Below, piece by piece: positions 42,669-53,424 of a DNA stretch of 64,000 bases. A program made the translations under genes and the position numbers. Below the pieces are notes generated by a model that was given only the letters and a program-made list of their open reading frames with translations, did no database searches and was not told where the DNA came from. Positions within the stretch are counted from its first letter, which is position 1. The number at the start of each line of letters is the position of its first letter. The DNA is from Kiritimatiellia bacterium (lineage in GTDB: Bacteria > Verrucomicrobiota > Kiritimatiellia > RFP12 > UBA1067), in contig JBAYXX010000005.1 in assembly GCA_041673345.1 (NCBI GenBank), positions 5,929-69,928 on the forward strand, in the 5' to 3' direction.

Positions 42669-44108
42669 ATGAGTGATCAAAAGGTTTCGATGGCAGACTT
42701 TGAGAGTTTGTTGAATGAGCAGTTGTTAAACTATCGCAATGGGTTTGATCCGGGCGAACGTGTCAAAGGTGTTGTCACGAACATCACCCCTGAATATGTG
42801 ATTCTGGATGTGCGCGCTAAACGGGAGGGACTTGTGCCGGTCGAGGATCTGACCAGCCCTGAGGAGGGAGAGGTGCGAGTCGCGATTGGCGATATTGTTG
42901 ATGTTATCTTCTCCGGCATGTCGGGCGGCGCCTTTCTCTTTACCAGTAAAATTAGCTCCCGATCCGCGGTTGACCGGAGTTTGCAAGACGCTTACAACCG
43001 TGGAATGCCGGTTGAAGGCAGGGTTGAGAAAGAGATCAACGGCGGCTATGAGGTTAGTGTGAATGGTCAGCGGGCCTTCTGCCCGTTCTCGCAGATCAAT
43101 CTCTTTCGGCAGGAGGAAGCAGTTTATATTGGTAAAACCTTTATGTTCATGATCTCCGAATATGATCACGACGAGCGCGGTGTCAATGTGATTGTCAGCC
43201 GCCGTCAGTTGATGGAGCAGGAGCGTGAGGCCCAGCGCTTGGAGTTGGTTGAGGATTTGTTTGTGGGGATGATTGCCCCCGGAACCGTGACGCGTATCAT
43301 GGAGTTCGGGGTATTTGTCGATCTCGGCGGAGCTGAGGGATTAATCCCCTTGCGCGAGGTTGCCTGGGCTAGGGATGCCAAGGTCGAGGAGATTGTCAAG
43401 CCCGGCGATAAGGTTGAGGTGGAGATCAAAGCTCTGGACTGGGATGCCAACAGAATCTCGCTCAGTTTGCGCGGTGCTCAGGGCGATCCCTGGGATGATG
43501 TGGTGGCCAAATATCCGGTCGGCTCGGTCTGCATTGGTAAAATCACTAAAGTGGAGCGATTTGGCGCTTTCGCTGAGATTGGTGACGGCGTGGAAGGTCT
43601 GATTCCTATCAGCAAACTTGGCAATGGGCGGCGCCTGATGTCGGCCCGCGAGGTTGTCAATGAGGGTGATGAAATCGAACTTCAGGTGGAGGAGATCGAC
43701 ACCGATCGCCGCCGGATCTCTTTGAAACCGATGGATCGTCGCTTTGAGACGCTCGACACCAGCGCACTCTCTGTTGGGAGTAAGGTCGAGGGTTTTGTTG
43801 AATCCATCCAGCCCTTCGGCATCTTTGTGCGCCTATCTGAAACTCAGACAGGTCTGCTGCATATCAGCGAAACTGAAATACCGAAGGGCGGCAACCCAGC
43901 CGCCAAACTCGAGCTGAAATTTCCGCCAGCCGAGAAAATTACGGTTGTGGTCAAGTCCATCGAGGGGGAACGTATCTCATTGACCGTGCCGTCCCTTTGG
44001 GAGAGTCGGAGCAATGAAGATGGTGAGGTGAGCCTCTCCGCCTGGAATAAATCCAACTCCAGCGCGGCCTCATTAGGGTCGCTGGGCAGTTTGTTTGACG
44101 GGCTTTAG
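42669..44108 (+). CDS. rpsA: S1 RNA-binding domain protein (ribosomal protein S1-like, ~5 S1 repeats)
   Basis: ORF 42660..44108. The ATG at 42669 lies 8 nt after AGGAG. It has repeated S1 OB-fold signatures (VKGVVTNI, VEGRVEKE, APGTVTRIMEFGVFVDLGG, CIGKITKVERFGAFAEIG, VEGFVESIQPFGIFVRL). Confidence 0.7.
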   Translation: MSDQKVSMADFESLLNEQLLNYRNGFDPGERVKGVVTNITPEYVILDVRAKREGLVPVEDLTSPEEGEVRVAIGDIVDVIFSGMSGGAFLFTSKISSRSAVDRSLQDAYNRGMPVEGRVEKEINGGYEVSVNGQRAFCPFSQINLFRQEEAVYIGKTFMFMISEYDHDERGVNVIVSRRQLMEQEREAQRLELVEDLFVGMIAPGTVTRIMEFGVFVDLGGAEGLIPLREVAWARDAKVEEIVKPGDKVEVEIKALDWDANRISLSLRGAQGDPWDDVVAKYPVGSVCIGKITKVERFGAFAEIGDGVEGLIPISKLGNGRRLMSAREVVNEGDEIELQVEEIDTDRRRISLKPMDRRFETLDTSALSVGSKVEGFVESIQPFGIFVRLSETQTGLLHISETEIPKGGNPAAKLELKFPPAEKITVVVKSIEGERISLTVPSLWESRSNEDGEVSLSAWNKSNSSAASLGSLGSLFDGL

Positions 44109-44228
44109 CAGACGAAAAGTTGAAAATTCGGCGTGGATAGTCATTCAGGCTGCCATCATCCTATATATACCGCGCCTCCAATTGCACAAAGTTGGAACTG
44201 GGTCCAAGTAACGGTGTCGGACGATAGT

Positions 44229-44252
44229 GTAGTAGCCGCTCTATGAGCGGCA
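44229..44252. repeat. solitary REP-A copy
   Basis: GTAGTAGCCGCTCTATGAGCGGCA, downstream of the S1 gene. Confidence 0.8.
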
Positions 44253-44620
44253 TATGCTGGATGAAGGTCGGTTTCGCAGTCGATAGCTGGTGCCATGCAA
44301 CTCGGAGTCGGAGTCGGCATCGGGGTCGTTTTTTATGCGTTTTTCAATACCGATTCCGATAGCGACCCCGACCCTTGGTAATAGGCCAGCTTTGTCGCTG
44401 ACGTTCGGCTTCACCTTTCTCCAGTTTTTTGAAGGATTTTTGTTGAGGGGTATTGTTGCATGGGACATTTTTTTGTCCAATGTGTTGTCGCATTTCATAT
44501 TACAATTCAGCGAAAATTAATACGCTAGATTACGCCCTTGTTTTATGAGGTATTTTTTGTTAAAATATAAGTTTTATAGCCCAAAATTTAAATTTACTTA
44601 AAAATTTACTTAAGTAGTAT

Positions 44621-45916
44621 ATGTTTTTCAAAAAAAATAAACCTGTCATACGCGAACGAAATAATCATTGCATATCCCGTACTAATATCGACCCTGATGC
44701 GGTTAAAGTGCTGTATCGGCTCTCAAACTGCAATTATGTCTCCTATATGGTGGGTGGGAGTGTGCGTGATCTGTTGCTAGGACGCCGCCCCAAGGATTTC
44801 GATATCAGCACTGACGCTCAGCCCGCGCAAATTCGCAAGCTGTTCCGTAACTGCTTTTTAATTGGCCGGCGATTCCGGCTGGCACACATTGTTTTTGGGC
44901 GCAAGGTAATTGAAACCAGTACCTTCCGCGCCCAGCCCGTGTCAACAGAGGGCGATGACGCTCTTTATCAGAGTGAGGATAACACCTTTGGAACTCCGGA
45001 GCAGGATGCCAAAAGGCGCGATTTTACGGTAAACGGTCTTTTTTATGATATAAAAACCTTCGCAGTGATCGATTATGTGAATGGCCTCAAAGACCTCGAG
45101 CAAAAAGTGATCCGCAGCATTGGCGATCCCAATGTACGCTTTCGTGAAGACCCTGTGCGTATGATGAGGGCTGTGAGGTTTGCGGCTAAACTGAATTTTA
45201 CAATCGAAAAGGGCTGCTGCAAGGCACTAAAAAAGCACCATGCTGACATTCTCAACGCCTCCGTGCCGCGCGTCTGTGAGGAAGTTTATCGCCTGTTTTC
45301 TGTGAATGCAGCTGAGAAGGCTTTCAAATTAATGTGGGAGTTCAAGTTGCTTGAAGATCTCCTGCCGGAAATCAATGAATATATCAACCGCAGCGGCAAA
45401 GAGACCTCACCGCTATGGCGCTATCTTACCGCGCTTGACCGCATGCCCGAGAACGGCAGTTTTTCAAATGGGGTGCGCACTGCGGTTCTATTTTATCCCC
45501 TGTTCCTTGAACAGTGCAGCCGTGAGAGTGAAGCCACGCCCCATGGGCGGATTAACCGCGCGCATGTTGCCCGCAAGGTCCTGAACCACCTAGTGAACTC
45601 ACTGCACATTCCCAAGGCGATCTTTTATGCAGCGGTGTCGGCCATGGATCTGGTTCCCCGTTTTGATCCAATGCCTACTAGAGCCAGAGTAAATCGTTTT
45701 GTGAGAAACAGCAATTTTGAGGATGCGTTTATCTTTAAGCAAATTGTGGCCGCAGCCGAAGGCGACCCTTTTGCAACCCTAACGCAATGGGAAGAGCTTT
45801 GCAACGAGGTTGAGCCGGACGAAATCGTTGTTCAAAGCCGCGAAAAGGGAGGTAGACCTCCCCAGCGGAAGCGCCGCCATCCAAGGCGAAGCCGACAAAA
45901 GCAGAAGCAGGCTTAG
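44621..45916 (+). CDS. pcnB: poly(A) polymerase I / tRNA nucleotidyltransferase family (PcnB-like) with a basic tail
   Basis: 431 aa. Contains MVGGSVRDLLLGRRPKDFDIST...LIGRRFRLAHIVF...DAKRRDFTVNGLFYD, typical of PcnB. The C-terminus is RKRRHPRRSRQKQKQA. Confidence 0.8.
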   Translation: MFFKKNKPVIRERNNHCISRTNIDPDAVKVLYRLSNCNYVSYMVGGSVRDLLLGRRPKDFDISTDAQPAQIRKLFRNCFLIGRRFRLAHIVFGRKVIETSTFRAQPVSTEGDDALYQSEDNTFGTPEQDAKRRDFTVNGLFYDIKTFAVIDYVNGLKDLEQKVIRSIGDPNVRFREDPVRMMRAVRFAAKLNFTIEKGCCKALKKHHADILNASVPRVCEEVYRLFSVNAAEKAFKLMWEFKLLEDLLPEINEYINRSGKETSPLWRYLTALDRMPENGSFSNGVRTAVLFYPLFLEQCSRESEATPHGRINRAHVARKVLNHLVNSLHIPKAIFYAAVSAMDLVPRFDPMPTRARVNRFVRNSNFEDAFIFKQIVAAAEGDPFATLTQWEELCNEVEPDEIVVQSREKGGRPPQRKRRHPRRSRQKQKQA

Positions 45917-45934
45917 TTGCTGCGGAAAACTACC

Positions 45935-47596
45935 TTAGCGTGCGGATTTGCGGTTGCGCAGTTTAAACAATTGGGTTTTGACCAAGGTGTAAAGCTCATG
46001 AATCTCACTGATTTTAAGGGCATAGGTTGCCGCGAGGTAAATAGCCACAAAGACCGCGCTGGCGATGCCGAGCTTGAGCAGATCACCCATACGATTAGCG
46101 AGTTCAATGTGGGTTGTCACACTGGGGTGAATGAGCCAGGCTGTTAAGCGGGAGAGGGTCAACCAAGCCCCCAGCCCAGCCACGACCGAGGCTGCTGTGA
46201 TACGAATCAGGAAAGTCCAGGTCTCTTTAAAAGGAAAGACTGGGGCGCTTTGCTTGAGAAAGAGGGTGAGCGCAAAGCTCTTCAGTATCCTAGAGAGGGT
46301 GAAACCGCCAGCGATAAAACAGAGCAGCAGCACTCCGTTCGCGCCAGCGTAAACAAAGCCCGCCCAGCTGAACAGAATACTTGTCAGCGAGAAGAACATG
46401 CCTAACAGAGTCACAGTCCACATGCGGCGGTTGGCAAAAAAGGCCTGCATGGTCAGTGCCTCAATGGCCCCGGCAGGCAGCACGAAGGTGTAAAACGAGA
46501 GCGCCAGCGCGGTGCGGTGCACTGCGGTCTCATCAAAAAACCCGCCTTTAAAGACAAAGGCTGTAAACGGCACGGAAATAACGGCAATCAGGAGAGCGAA
46601 GGGAATAAAAGTTGCCAGCAATATACGTCCGAAATGGGTCACTAGCCGGCCAAGCTCAGCCTGGTTTTTTTTGTCAACCAATTCGCAGAAAAAGGGGAAA
46701 ACCGCGATCGACAGAGTATAGGGCACCAACCAGTGCAGTGTGCTCTGAAGTTTCCGTCCCATGGTGTTGGCCTGCATCAAACCGCTCTCTTCCAAGGAGC
46801 TGAGAAAATAGACGTTGTTACTAACATCTCTGACTTTAGCGACAAGAATCCCGGCCAGCAGCGGGAGCATCAACCAGAGGAGTCTTTTAATAAAGGGATG
46901 GTGAAAGTTGAACTCCACCTTAAAATACCCCAGCTTATCGCGTAGTCCATAAAGATGGGTCGCCAATTTACAGACCGAGCCAGCCACAATACCCCACGCA
47001 AGCATCTGCGCGTTATCTTTAGAGAGAAAGCACCCGACCACTAAAAAACCAACTGCGCAGAATTTCCAGACAGCATCGCCGAAGGCGGCCAGAAAAAAAC
47101 GTTTGTAAGAGTTCAGCAGAACGTAGGTGGTGGAACCCAGAGAAAGCCCAATGATCGCGGGTGAGAGCATTTTAAGACTATGTGCTGCCAAATCAAAGCG
47201 CTCTGGAGACTTTGCGCTGCTCCATTTGGTGCAGATTGTAACCGCCCACTGCGGAGCGAAAAAGAAAAACAGGGCCACGACAATCAGCAGCACGAACTGC
47301 GTACTCAGCACAGTGTTGGCAAAACTCCAAGCGCGCCTGATCCTCCCCCTGTCGATCAGACGCATAAACAGAGGCAGAAAAGCGGGCGCAAGCGCCTCCT
47401 CACTGACAAGAAAAAGCATAAAAACACCATTTTCAAAGGCAAAGGTGTAAACAACGTCGAAGGTCTCTGGAGGCAGCAGTCGGCCCATGACCTGAGCCTG
47501 GATGAAACCGGCCAATTTAAAGAGAATGTGGGCGATCAGAACTAAAGCACTCGCCTTAAAAATTCTTTTTTCCATCTTTGTCCGAGTTGTCGCCAT
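45935..47596 (-). CDS. murJ: lipid II flippase MurJ (MviN family)
   Basis: 553 aa with about 14 TM segments. The N-terminus KASALVLIAHILFKLAGFIQAQVMGRLL and MOP-superfamily-like topology fit MurJ. Confidence 0.75.
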   Translation of the reverse strand: MATTRTKMEKRIFKASALVLIAHILFKLAGFIQAQVMGRLLPPETFDVVYTFAFENGVFMLFLVSEEALAPAFLPLFMRLIDRGRIRRAWSFANTVLSTQFVLLIVVALFFFFAPQWAVTICTKWSSAKSPERFDLAAHSLKMLSPAIIGLSLGSTTYVLLNSYKRFFLAAFGDAVWKFCAVGFLVVGCFLSKDNAQMLAWGIVAGSVCKLATHLYGLRDKLGYFKVEFNFHHPFIKRLLWLMLPLLAGILVAKVRDVSNNVYFLSSLEESGLMQANTMGRKLQSTLHWLVPYTLSIAVFPFFCELVDKKNQAELGRLVTHFGRILLATFIPFALLIAVISVPFTAFVFKGGFFDETAVHRTALALSFYTFVLPAGAIEALTMQAFFANRRMWTVTLLGMFFSLTSILFSWAGFVYAGANGVLLLCFIAGGFTLSRILKSFALTLFLKQSAPVFPFKETWTFLIRITAASVVAGLGAWLTLSRLTAWLIHPSVTTHIELANRMGDLLKLGIASAVFVAIYLAATYALKISEIHELYTLVKTQLFKLRNRKSAR

Positions 47597-47739
47597 ATTG
47601 CCCCTTTGTGAGGGTTAAGGGTTGCAGTCGAGTCATTCGAGGTAGTCAAATTAATCGAGGTAGTCGAGGTAGTCGAGAAAATCGAATTCATCGACTTAAT
47701 CGACTTAATCGAAGCACTTTAGAGCTTTAGTGCTTCTTC

Positions 47740-49677
47740 TCAATCCACCATCTGCATATCGCATAATTCGCGGTAATCCCCATTCTGCGTGTAAAGTTCA
47801 TTATGGGTTCCGATCTCCTTGATGGCCCCTTTTTCCAGCACAATAATCTTGTCGGCACTCTTAATCGTGCTCAGTCGATGCGCGATAGCAAATGTGGTGC
47901 GGTTGGTCATCAGCGTATTGATGGCATCCTGAACCAAACGTTCAGTGACTGTGTCGAGCGCGCTAGTGGCCTCATCGAGGATCAGAATTCGGGGGTTCTT
48001 GAGGATTGCTCTGGCAATGGCAATACGCTGACGTTCGCCACCGCTGAGTAGAAAGCCCTTCTCGCCGGTCACACGCTGATATCCATCAGCATGCTCTAGA
48101 ATGAATTTGTGAGCGTTAGCCATCCGGGCGGCAGCCTCGATTTGCTCCTGCGTGGCATTCGGTGTGCCATAGGCGATATTGCAGGCAATGGTGTCGTTAA
48201 AAAGAACGGTTTCCTGAGTGACAACCCCGATCAGGCGCCGTATATCCGCAATATCTATATCCCTAACATCGACTTCGTCCATCAGCACCGCGCCGGAGGT
48301 AACATCATAGAAGCGTGCCAGTAGGTTGGCGATCGTTGTTTTACCGGAACCAGTGCCGCCGACCACTGCCACCAGCGAACCACAGGGGATGTCAAAGGTG
48401 ATATTTTTAATGGTTGGCTCTTCAGAGTTATGATAGTGGAAAACCACATTTTCGAAGCTGACGCGCATGGTGAAATCCTCTTTTTTAACGGGATTTTTTG
48501 CGATGGGCAGCGAGCAATCGGTGTCTAGCAATGAAAAAATACGGGCCAGCGCAGCGCGTCCGCGTTCAATCTGCGGCTGCAGCTGACTGATTTGCTTTAC
48601 TGGTCGGTAGATAATAGCCAGCGGCACCAGCAACGGTGTGATCTCGGCTAGGCCAATTTTTTTGATCTCAAAACAATAAAAAACAAAGGCGCACCCGAGA
48701 AAGATGCCAATGCACTCAACTGCGGGCGGCACCAGAAGTTCAACGCGCAGCGCTTTGAGCACACTCTTGAGATAGTAGCTGTTGACCGCTCGATATTTCT
48801 CGACCTCCACCGCTTCGGTGAAATAAGCTTTGACCACACGGATACAGGTCAAATTCTCATGTATCCGAGAGATGACCATAGATATCCTCTCCATTGCTTT
48901 TTTAGCCCATTTGCGCACCTTGGCACCAAAAAACGCCATTGGCAGAAGAAAGAGTGGAAAACCCAACACAACCACTGCCAACACCTCAAGGATATTGTTC
49001 TTGATCGCAAAGTGAACCATGAAGCCAACGGCGAAGAGGATTTCAAAGGGCGCGCGACACACATGGGCCAGAGTGTTAGATATAACGCCATCAACCTGCT
49101 GAGGATCATGAGTGCAGCGGCTCATAATCTGGCCGACATCGGTGCGACCGAAAAACTCCAGCGATTGTTTTTGCAGATGATTAAAGAGATCTACTCGAAA
49201 ATCCTGCACAACCCGTGCCCCTGCCCAACGCAGGCAGTAATTATTCAGGTACATGACAATTATTTTAAAGAGCACCACCACCGGAATAATAACCAGCGCA
49301 ATTAACTTCAACAAGTTAGTGATATTACCTTGCTCATCGCGCAGCTCGACACCGAAACGAGCGGCCAGCGACTCTGCCTGCCTGAACCACGACGGCATAT
49401 TTTGCTCTGCTTGAACTATCTCGCCGGTCGCATCCATAGTAGTATCCAGCGGCTCGCGCGCAGCTGCTTTCCCCTGGCTGGGCAATGGCGGCGCACTCTC
49501 AGTCATCACCTCATTAAGAGCGGGCTGAATCATCTGAAAGACAGGCACCCAGGCACCTGCCGTGAGTGTGCCGGCCAGCAATCCAATGATCAGCCGTACC
49601 CGGTATTTCACCGCATAGTGATATAACCGACCGTAGGCCTCTTTGGCCGAGTAATCCCTGTCAAAAAATTCAGCCAT
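47740..49677 (-). CDS. ABC transporter permease/ATP-binding fusion (MsbA-like exporter)
   Basis: 645 aa with a 6-TM domain followed by an NBD. NBD motifs are Walker A GGTGSGKTT, signature LSGGERQRIAIARA and Walker B ILILDEATSALD. Confidence 0.85.
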   Translation of the reverse strand: MAEFFDRDYSAKEAYGRLYHYAVKYRVRLIIGLLAGTLTAGAWVPVFQMIQPALNEVMTESAPPLPSQGKAAAREPLDTTMDATGEIVQAEQNMPSWFRQAESLAARFGVELRDEQGNITNLLKLIALVIIPVVVLFKIIVMYLNNYCLRWAGARVVQDFRVDLFNHLQKQSLEFFGRTDVGQIMSRCTHDPQQVDGVISNTLAHVCRAPFEILFAVGFMVHFAIKNNILEVLAVVVLGFPLFLLPMAFFGAKVRKWAKKAMERISMVISRIHENLTCIRVVKAYFTEAVEVEKYRAVNSYYLKSVLKALRVELLVPPAVECIGIFLGCAFVFYCFEIKKIGLAEITPLLVPLAIIYRPVKQISQLQPQIERGRAALARIFSLLDTDCSLPIAKNPVKKEDFTMRVSFENVVFHYHNSEEPTIKNITFDIPCGSLVAVVGGTGSGKTTIANLLARFYDVTSGAVLMDEVDVRDIDIADIRRLIGVVTQETVLFNDTIACNIAYGTPNATQEQIEAAARMANAHKFILEHADGYQRVTGEKGFLLSGGERQRIAIARAILKNPRILILDEATSALDTVTERLVQDAINTLMTNRTTFAIAHRLSTIKSADKIIVLEKGAIKEIGTHNELYTQNGDYRELCDMQMVD

Positions 49678-49682
49678 AGCAA

Positions 49683-50615
49683 TTACCCTCGCCCCCCCAG
49701 CCAGCGTTCAGCCTCTAGAGCGGCGATACACCCAGTTCCAGCGGCAGTCACCGCCTGTTTGTAATGGCGATCCTGGACATCACCAGCGGCAAAGACCCCC
49801 TCCCGTGAGGTTCTGGTGTTGTTGGTTTTGACATAACCCTCACTATCCAGATCAAGATAATCAGCGAAGGGCGCAGTGTTGGGAGTATGGCCGATGGCAA
49901 TAAAAACCCCCTGCACCGGAAGCTCTGTGATCGCATTACTTTTGACATTTCTAACCTTCAAAGCAGTGACCTCCCCCTTTTCCACATCCAGAAACTCTTC
50001 GGGTACTGAGTTCCATAGAATATCGATGTTAGCAGCGTCGAGTACCCGCTGCGCCATAATCTTGGAGGCGCGGAATTCATCGCGCCGATGAATCACAGTG
50101 ACTTTACATCCGATCCGCGAGAGATAGAGCGCTTCCTCCATGGCGGTGTCGCCACCGCCGACAACGGCAACATCCCGACCCTTATAAAAGGAGCCATCAC
50201 AGGTGGCGCAGCCGGAGACTCCCTTGCCGATCAAAGCCTGCTCGGAGTCTAGCCCCAGATAGCGCGCACTGGCGCCAGTGGCTATAATCAAAGCCTCGGT
50301 CTCCATCTCACCCTCAATCATCAGCGTCAGCTTCTTGACATCCCCTGAGAGATCACAGGCGGTGAGTTCATCCGTCAAAACACGCACACCGAGCCTTTCG
50401 GCCTGTTTTCGCATGGTTTCCACCAGCTCATTTCCATCCACAGGCTCCTCGAATCCGGGGAAGTTCTCAACATCCGTGGTCTGGGTCAACTGCCCGCCGG
50501 GTGTCATCCCGGTGATCACAACAGGCGCCAGGTTCGCACGCGCGGCATAGATCGCCGCTGTCATGCCAGCTGGTCCGCTGCCAATAATCACAACTTTTTC
50601 CATTGTTTTCTCCAT
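49683..50615 (-). CDS. trxB: thioredoxin-disulfide reductase
   Basis: 310 aa. Has VVIIGSGPAGMTAAIYAAR, the redox CATC motif, VVGGGDTAMEEALYL and GVFAAGDV. Confidence 0.9.
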   Translation of the reverse strand: MEKTMEKVVIIGSGPAGMTAAIYAARANLAPVVITGMTPGGQLTQTTDVENFPGFEEPVDGNELVETMRKQAERLGVRVLTDELTACDLSGDVKKLTLMIEGEMETEALIIATGASARYLGLDSEQALIGKGVSGCATCDGSFYKGRDVAVVGGGDTAMEEALYLSRIGCKVTVIHRRDEFRASKIMAQRVLDAANIDILWNSVPEEFLDVEKGEVTALKVRNVKSNAITELPVQGVFIAIGHTPNTAPFADYLDLDSEGYVKTNNTRTSREGVFAAGDVQDRHYKQAVTAAGTGCIAALEAERWLGGRG

Positions 50616-52334
50616 TTATGTGTAACGCAGCACCTCGTCCACGGTTGTGTAACCATCGAGAACATTGCGGATCGCATCCTCGCGCAAAGTCCGCATTCCC
50701 AGCTCACGCGCTTTTTCCCTGATATACAGCGTAGGGCGCCGCTCATTGATCAGCATCCGGATAGGGTCAGTGACACGCAGATATTCAAAAACACCTTTCC
50801 GCCCTTTGTAGCCAGTGCTGTTGCATTTTGTGCAACCGCGTCCATAGAAAAACTGGCGATCTCCAATATCATCCTGGGTTAAATCAAGTTTCTGAATGGT
50901 TTCAAGGTCAGGCGTGTAACCCACTTTGCAGTTGAGACAGATGGTACGCGTTAATCGCTGACCGAGCACCCCTTCCAGCGTGGATGAGATCAAGTAGGGC
51001 GCGATGTTCATATCGCACAAGCGGGTCACAGCGCCCGCAGCGTCGTTGGTGTGAAGTGTGCTGAAAACAAAGTGGCCGGTCAATGAAGCCTGAACTGCGA
51101 TTTCAGCGGTTTCCTTGTCGCGAATCTCACCAATCATCATGATATCAGGATCCTGCCGCAAAAAAGCGCGCAGCACTCTGGCAAAGGTGTTGCCAGCGGA
51201 CGGATTGATCTGCACCTGGATAATACCGTCGATATCGTATTCAACCGGCTCCTCGGCTGTCAGCAGCTTGGATTCGATCTTGTTAATTTTGCGCAGACAT
51301 GAGTAAAGCGTAGTAGTCTTGCCGGAGCCGGTCGGTCCGGTTACAATCAGGATGCCATTCGGTTTTTCGATATCCATAGTGACTGCTTCATAAATATCCT
51401 CCGGCAGCCCGACATTCTCAATATCCAGCGAGACGACCGAGCGATCAAGAACACGCAGCACGACACTCTCACCATGCGCAGTCGGCAGGCAGGAGACACG
51501 CAGATCCACATGATGGCCGGCCACTGTCAAAGAGATACGCCCATCCTGCGGAACACGGCGCTCGGCAATATTAAGCCCTGACATAACTTTAATACGTGAG
51601 ATAATCGCCAGCGCCAGACGTATGGGGGGCGGCGACATCTCGTAGAGCGCCCCATCCACCCGGTAACGGATACGGAATGATGTTTCAAAGGGCTCGAAAT
51701 GAATGTCAGAAGCTCTGTCTGTCACCGCCTGATAGAGCACCAGATTCACAAATCGAATCACCGGGGCGGCTGCGGCGGCATTTTCCAAGCTGACGGCGTC
51801 AGAGCCGTCCACCATGAGCGTGCTGTCAGAGGCCATATCCGACTCAATGCCATCGATCATATCAGCGATGGAGGCGCTGTCCTCACCGTAATTAGCACGG
51901 ATACGCTCCAGCAGATCCTGCTCTTTGGCGAAAGCGAACTGCACGTCGCGAGTGAGTACAAACATCAACTCATCCATCACATGCGGGTCAAGCAGACTAG
52001 ATGTTGCTAATGTGACAGTGCCTGCGGTGGCACTTACAGGCAGCACATTGTACATCCGCGCCACGTTGCCAGGCACACTTCCGATTACATCGGGATCAAG
52101 AGAGGCGATCTCCAGATCAATGACATCACACCCCTGATAGGAGGCCATCATACCCAACAGATCCTCTTCGGAAACATAGCCATTGTTGATCAAAATTTTG
52201 CGAATGGAGTTTCCTGTGCGCTGTTGTTCTTCACGTATCTCCTCGCTCTGCTGCATGTCGATCACGCCATTACTGATCGCCAGATCAATCAAAGGATCGT
52301 AAAGCGCTGTTTCTGTGAGTGCCTTGTTATCCAT
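50616..52334 (-). CDS. PilB/GspE-family assembly ATPase (second copy of the triplet)
   Basis: ORF 50616..52379 trimmed to MDNKALTE (ATG at 52334, GAGGG upstream, 4 nt after the pilT stop). Has a T2SSE_N domain, Walker [20 protein letters not shown] and FSTLHTND. The tetracysteine motif is CLNC...CTKC. Confidence 0.85.
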   Translation of the reverse strand: MDNKALTETALYDPLIDLAISNGVIDMQQSEEIREEQQRTGNSIRKILINNGYVSEEDLLGMMASYQGCDVIDLEIASLDPDVIGSVPGNVARMYNVLPVSATAGTVTLATSSLLDPHVMDELMFVLTRDVQFAFAKEQDLLERIRANYGEDSASIADMIDGIESDMASDSTLMVDGSDAVSLENAAAAAPVIRFVNLVLYQAVTDRASDIHFEPFETSFRIRYRVDGALYEMSPPPIRLALAIISRIKVMSGLNIAERRVPQDGRISLTVAGHHVDLRVSCLPTAHGESVVLRVLDRSVVSLDIENVGLPEDIYEAVTMDIEKPNGILIVTGPTGSGKTTTLYSCLRKINKIESKLLTAEEPVEYDIDGIIQVQINPSAGNTFARVLRAFLRQDPDIMMIGEIRDKETAEIAVQASLTGHFVFSTLHTNDAAGAVTRLCDMNIAPYLISSTLEGVLGQRLTRTICLNCKVGYTPDLETIQKLDLTQDDIGDRQFFYGRGCTKCNSTGYKGRKGVFEYLRVTDPIRMLINERRPTLYIREKARELGMRTLREDAIRNVLDGYTTVDEVLRYT

Positions 52335-52338
52335 AAAA

Positions 52339-53424
52339 TTACCCTCGTTGCTGCAACTCTTGTTTAAGCTTTTGAACAACTGTTTCAGGATCTTTTGCTT
52401 TCGTGATCAAGTCATCATATGAAATCATCCCAGCTAGATAGAGTTTCATCAAATGCGAGTCAAGCGTCACCATGCCGAACTTGTGACCTGTCTGAATATC
52501 CGAATCAATCTGGAAGGTCTTATTGTCGCGGATACGGGAGCGTATCGCCGGCGTGGAGATCATGATTTCAAACGAAGCCACCCGCCCTGGTTTATCAACC
52601 CGCTTGAGCAGGAGCTGTGAGATCACAGCGACCAGGCCAACAGAGAGCTGGGTTCTAACCTGCTCCTGCTGATCCATTGGAAACGCGTCCACAACACGGT
52701 CAACCGTGGCCGTGGCGCCGGTGGTGTGCAGCGTGGCGAAAACCAGATGGCCGGTTTCAGCGGCGGTGATTGCGGCCTGCATGGTTTCCAGATCGCGCAT
52801 TTCACCCACCAGAATTACATCCGGGTCCTGGCGCAGAGCACGCCGGATAGCCTCAGCGAAACTCGGAACGTCATGGCCAACCTCACGTTGGGTGACAATA
52901 CAATTTTTATGCGGGTGGTAGTATTCAATTGGGTCTTCAACCGTGATGATATGCAGAGCGCGCTGCTGGTTGATGACATCAAGCATACTGGCCAAGGTGG
53001 TGGATTTGCCGCAACCAGTCGGCCCGGTCACAAGAATCAATCCCCGAGGTTTAAAGAGCAACTCTTTCACCTGCTCGGGCAGGCCGATTTGTTTCAGCGT
53101 CAAAAGGTCACTGGGAATCAAACGCAACACAATGCCGAAACGTGAACGTTCCTTGAATACCGAAACACGAAAACGGGCGGCATCACCGAAAGGCAGTGCG
53201 AAATCGGTGCCGCCGCTCTGTTCGACCTCCAGCCGACCATCCTCTTTGAGGATCGAAAGTGCCAGGCGTTCGGTATCTTCCGCGGTTAACACCGGAATAT
53301 CCAAAGGTGTTAAAGCGCCGTGAATACGCAGCATTGGCGCCACGCCAACTCTGATATGCAAATCGGACGAACCTTCGTCAACCGTTGCCTGCAGCAACTC
53401 ATTCATAGTAAGTTCGTTATTCAT
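52339..53424 (-). CDS. pilT: type IV pilus twitching-motility (retraction) ATPase PilT
   Basis: 361 aa with no N-terminal T2SSE_N domain. Has Walker [31 protein letters not shown] and [10 protein letters not shown]. Length is typical of PilT. Confidence 0.85.
   Translation of the reverse strand: MNNELTMNELLQATVDEGSSDLHIRVGVAPMLRIHGALTPLDIPVLTAEDTERLALSILKEDGRLEVEQSGGTDFALPFGDAARFRVSVFKERSRFGIVLRLIPSDLLTLKQIGLPEQVKELLFKPRGLILVTGPTGCGKSTTLASMLDVINQQRALHIITVEDPIEYYHPHKNCIVTQREVGHDVPSFAEAIRRALRQDPDVILVGEMRDLETMQAAITAAETGHLVFATLHTTGATATVDRVVDAFPMDQQEQVRTQLSVGLVAVISQLLLKRVDKPGRVASFEIMISTPAIRSRIRDNKTFQIDSDIQTGHKFGMVTLDSHLMKLYLAGMISYDDLITKAKDPETVVQKLKQELQQRG

Noticed and set aside
44241-44520. ORFs 44241..44498 (-) and 44290..44520 (+).
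   Set aside because: Both lie in an intergenic region built from a REP-A copy and an inverted pair of hexamer (GAY-like) arrays. The DPDADSDSE stretch is repeat-encoded. No RBS is present.
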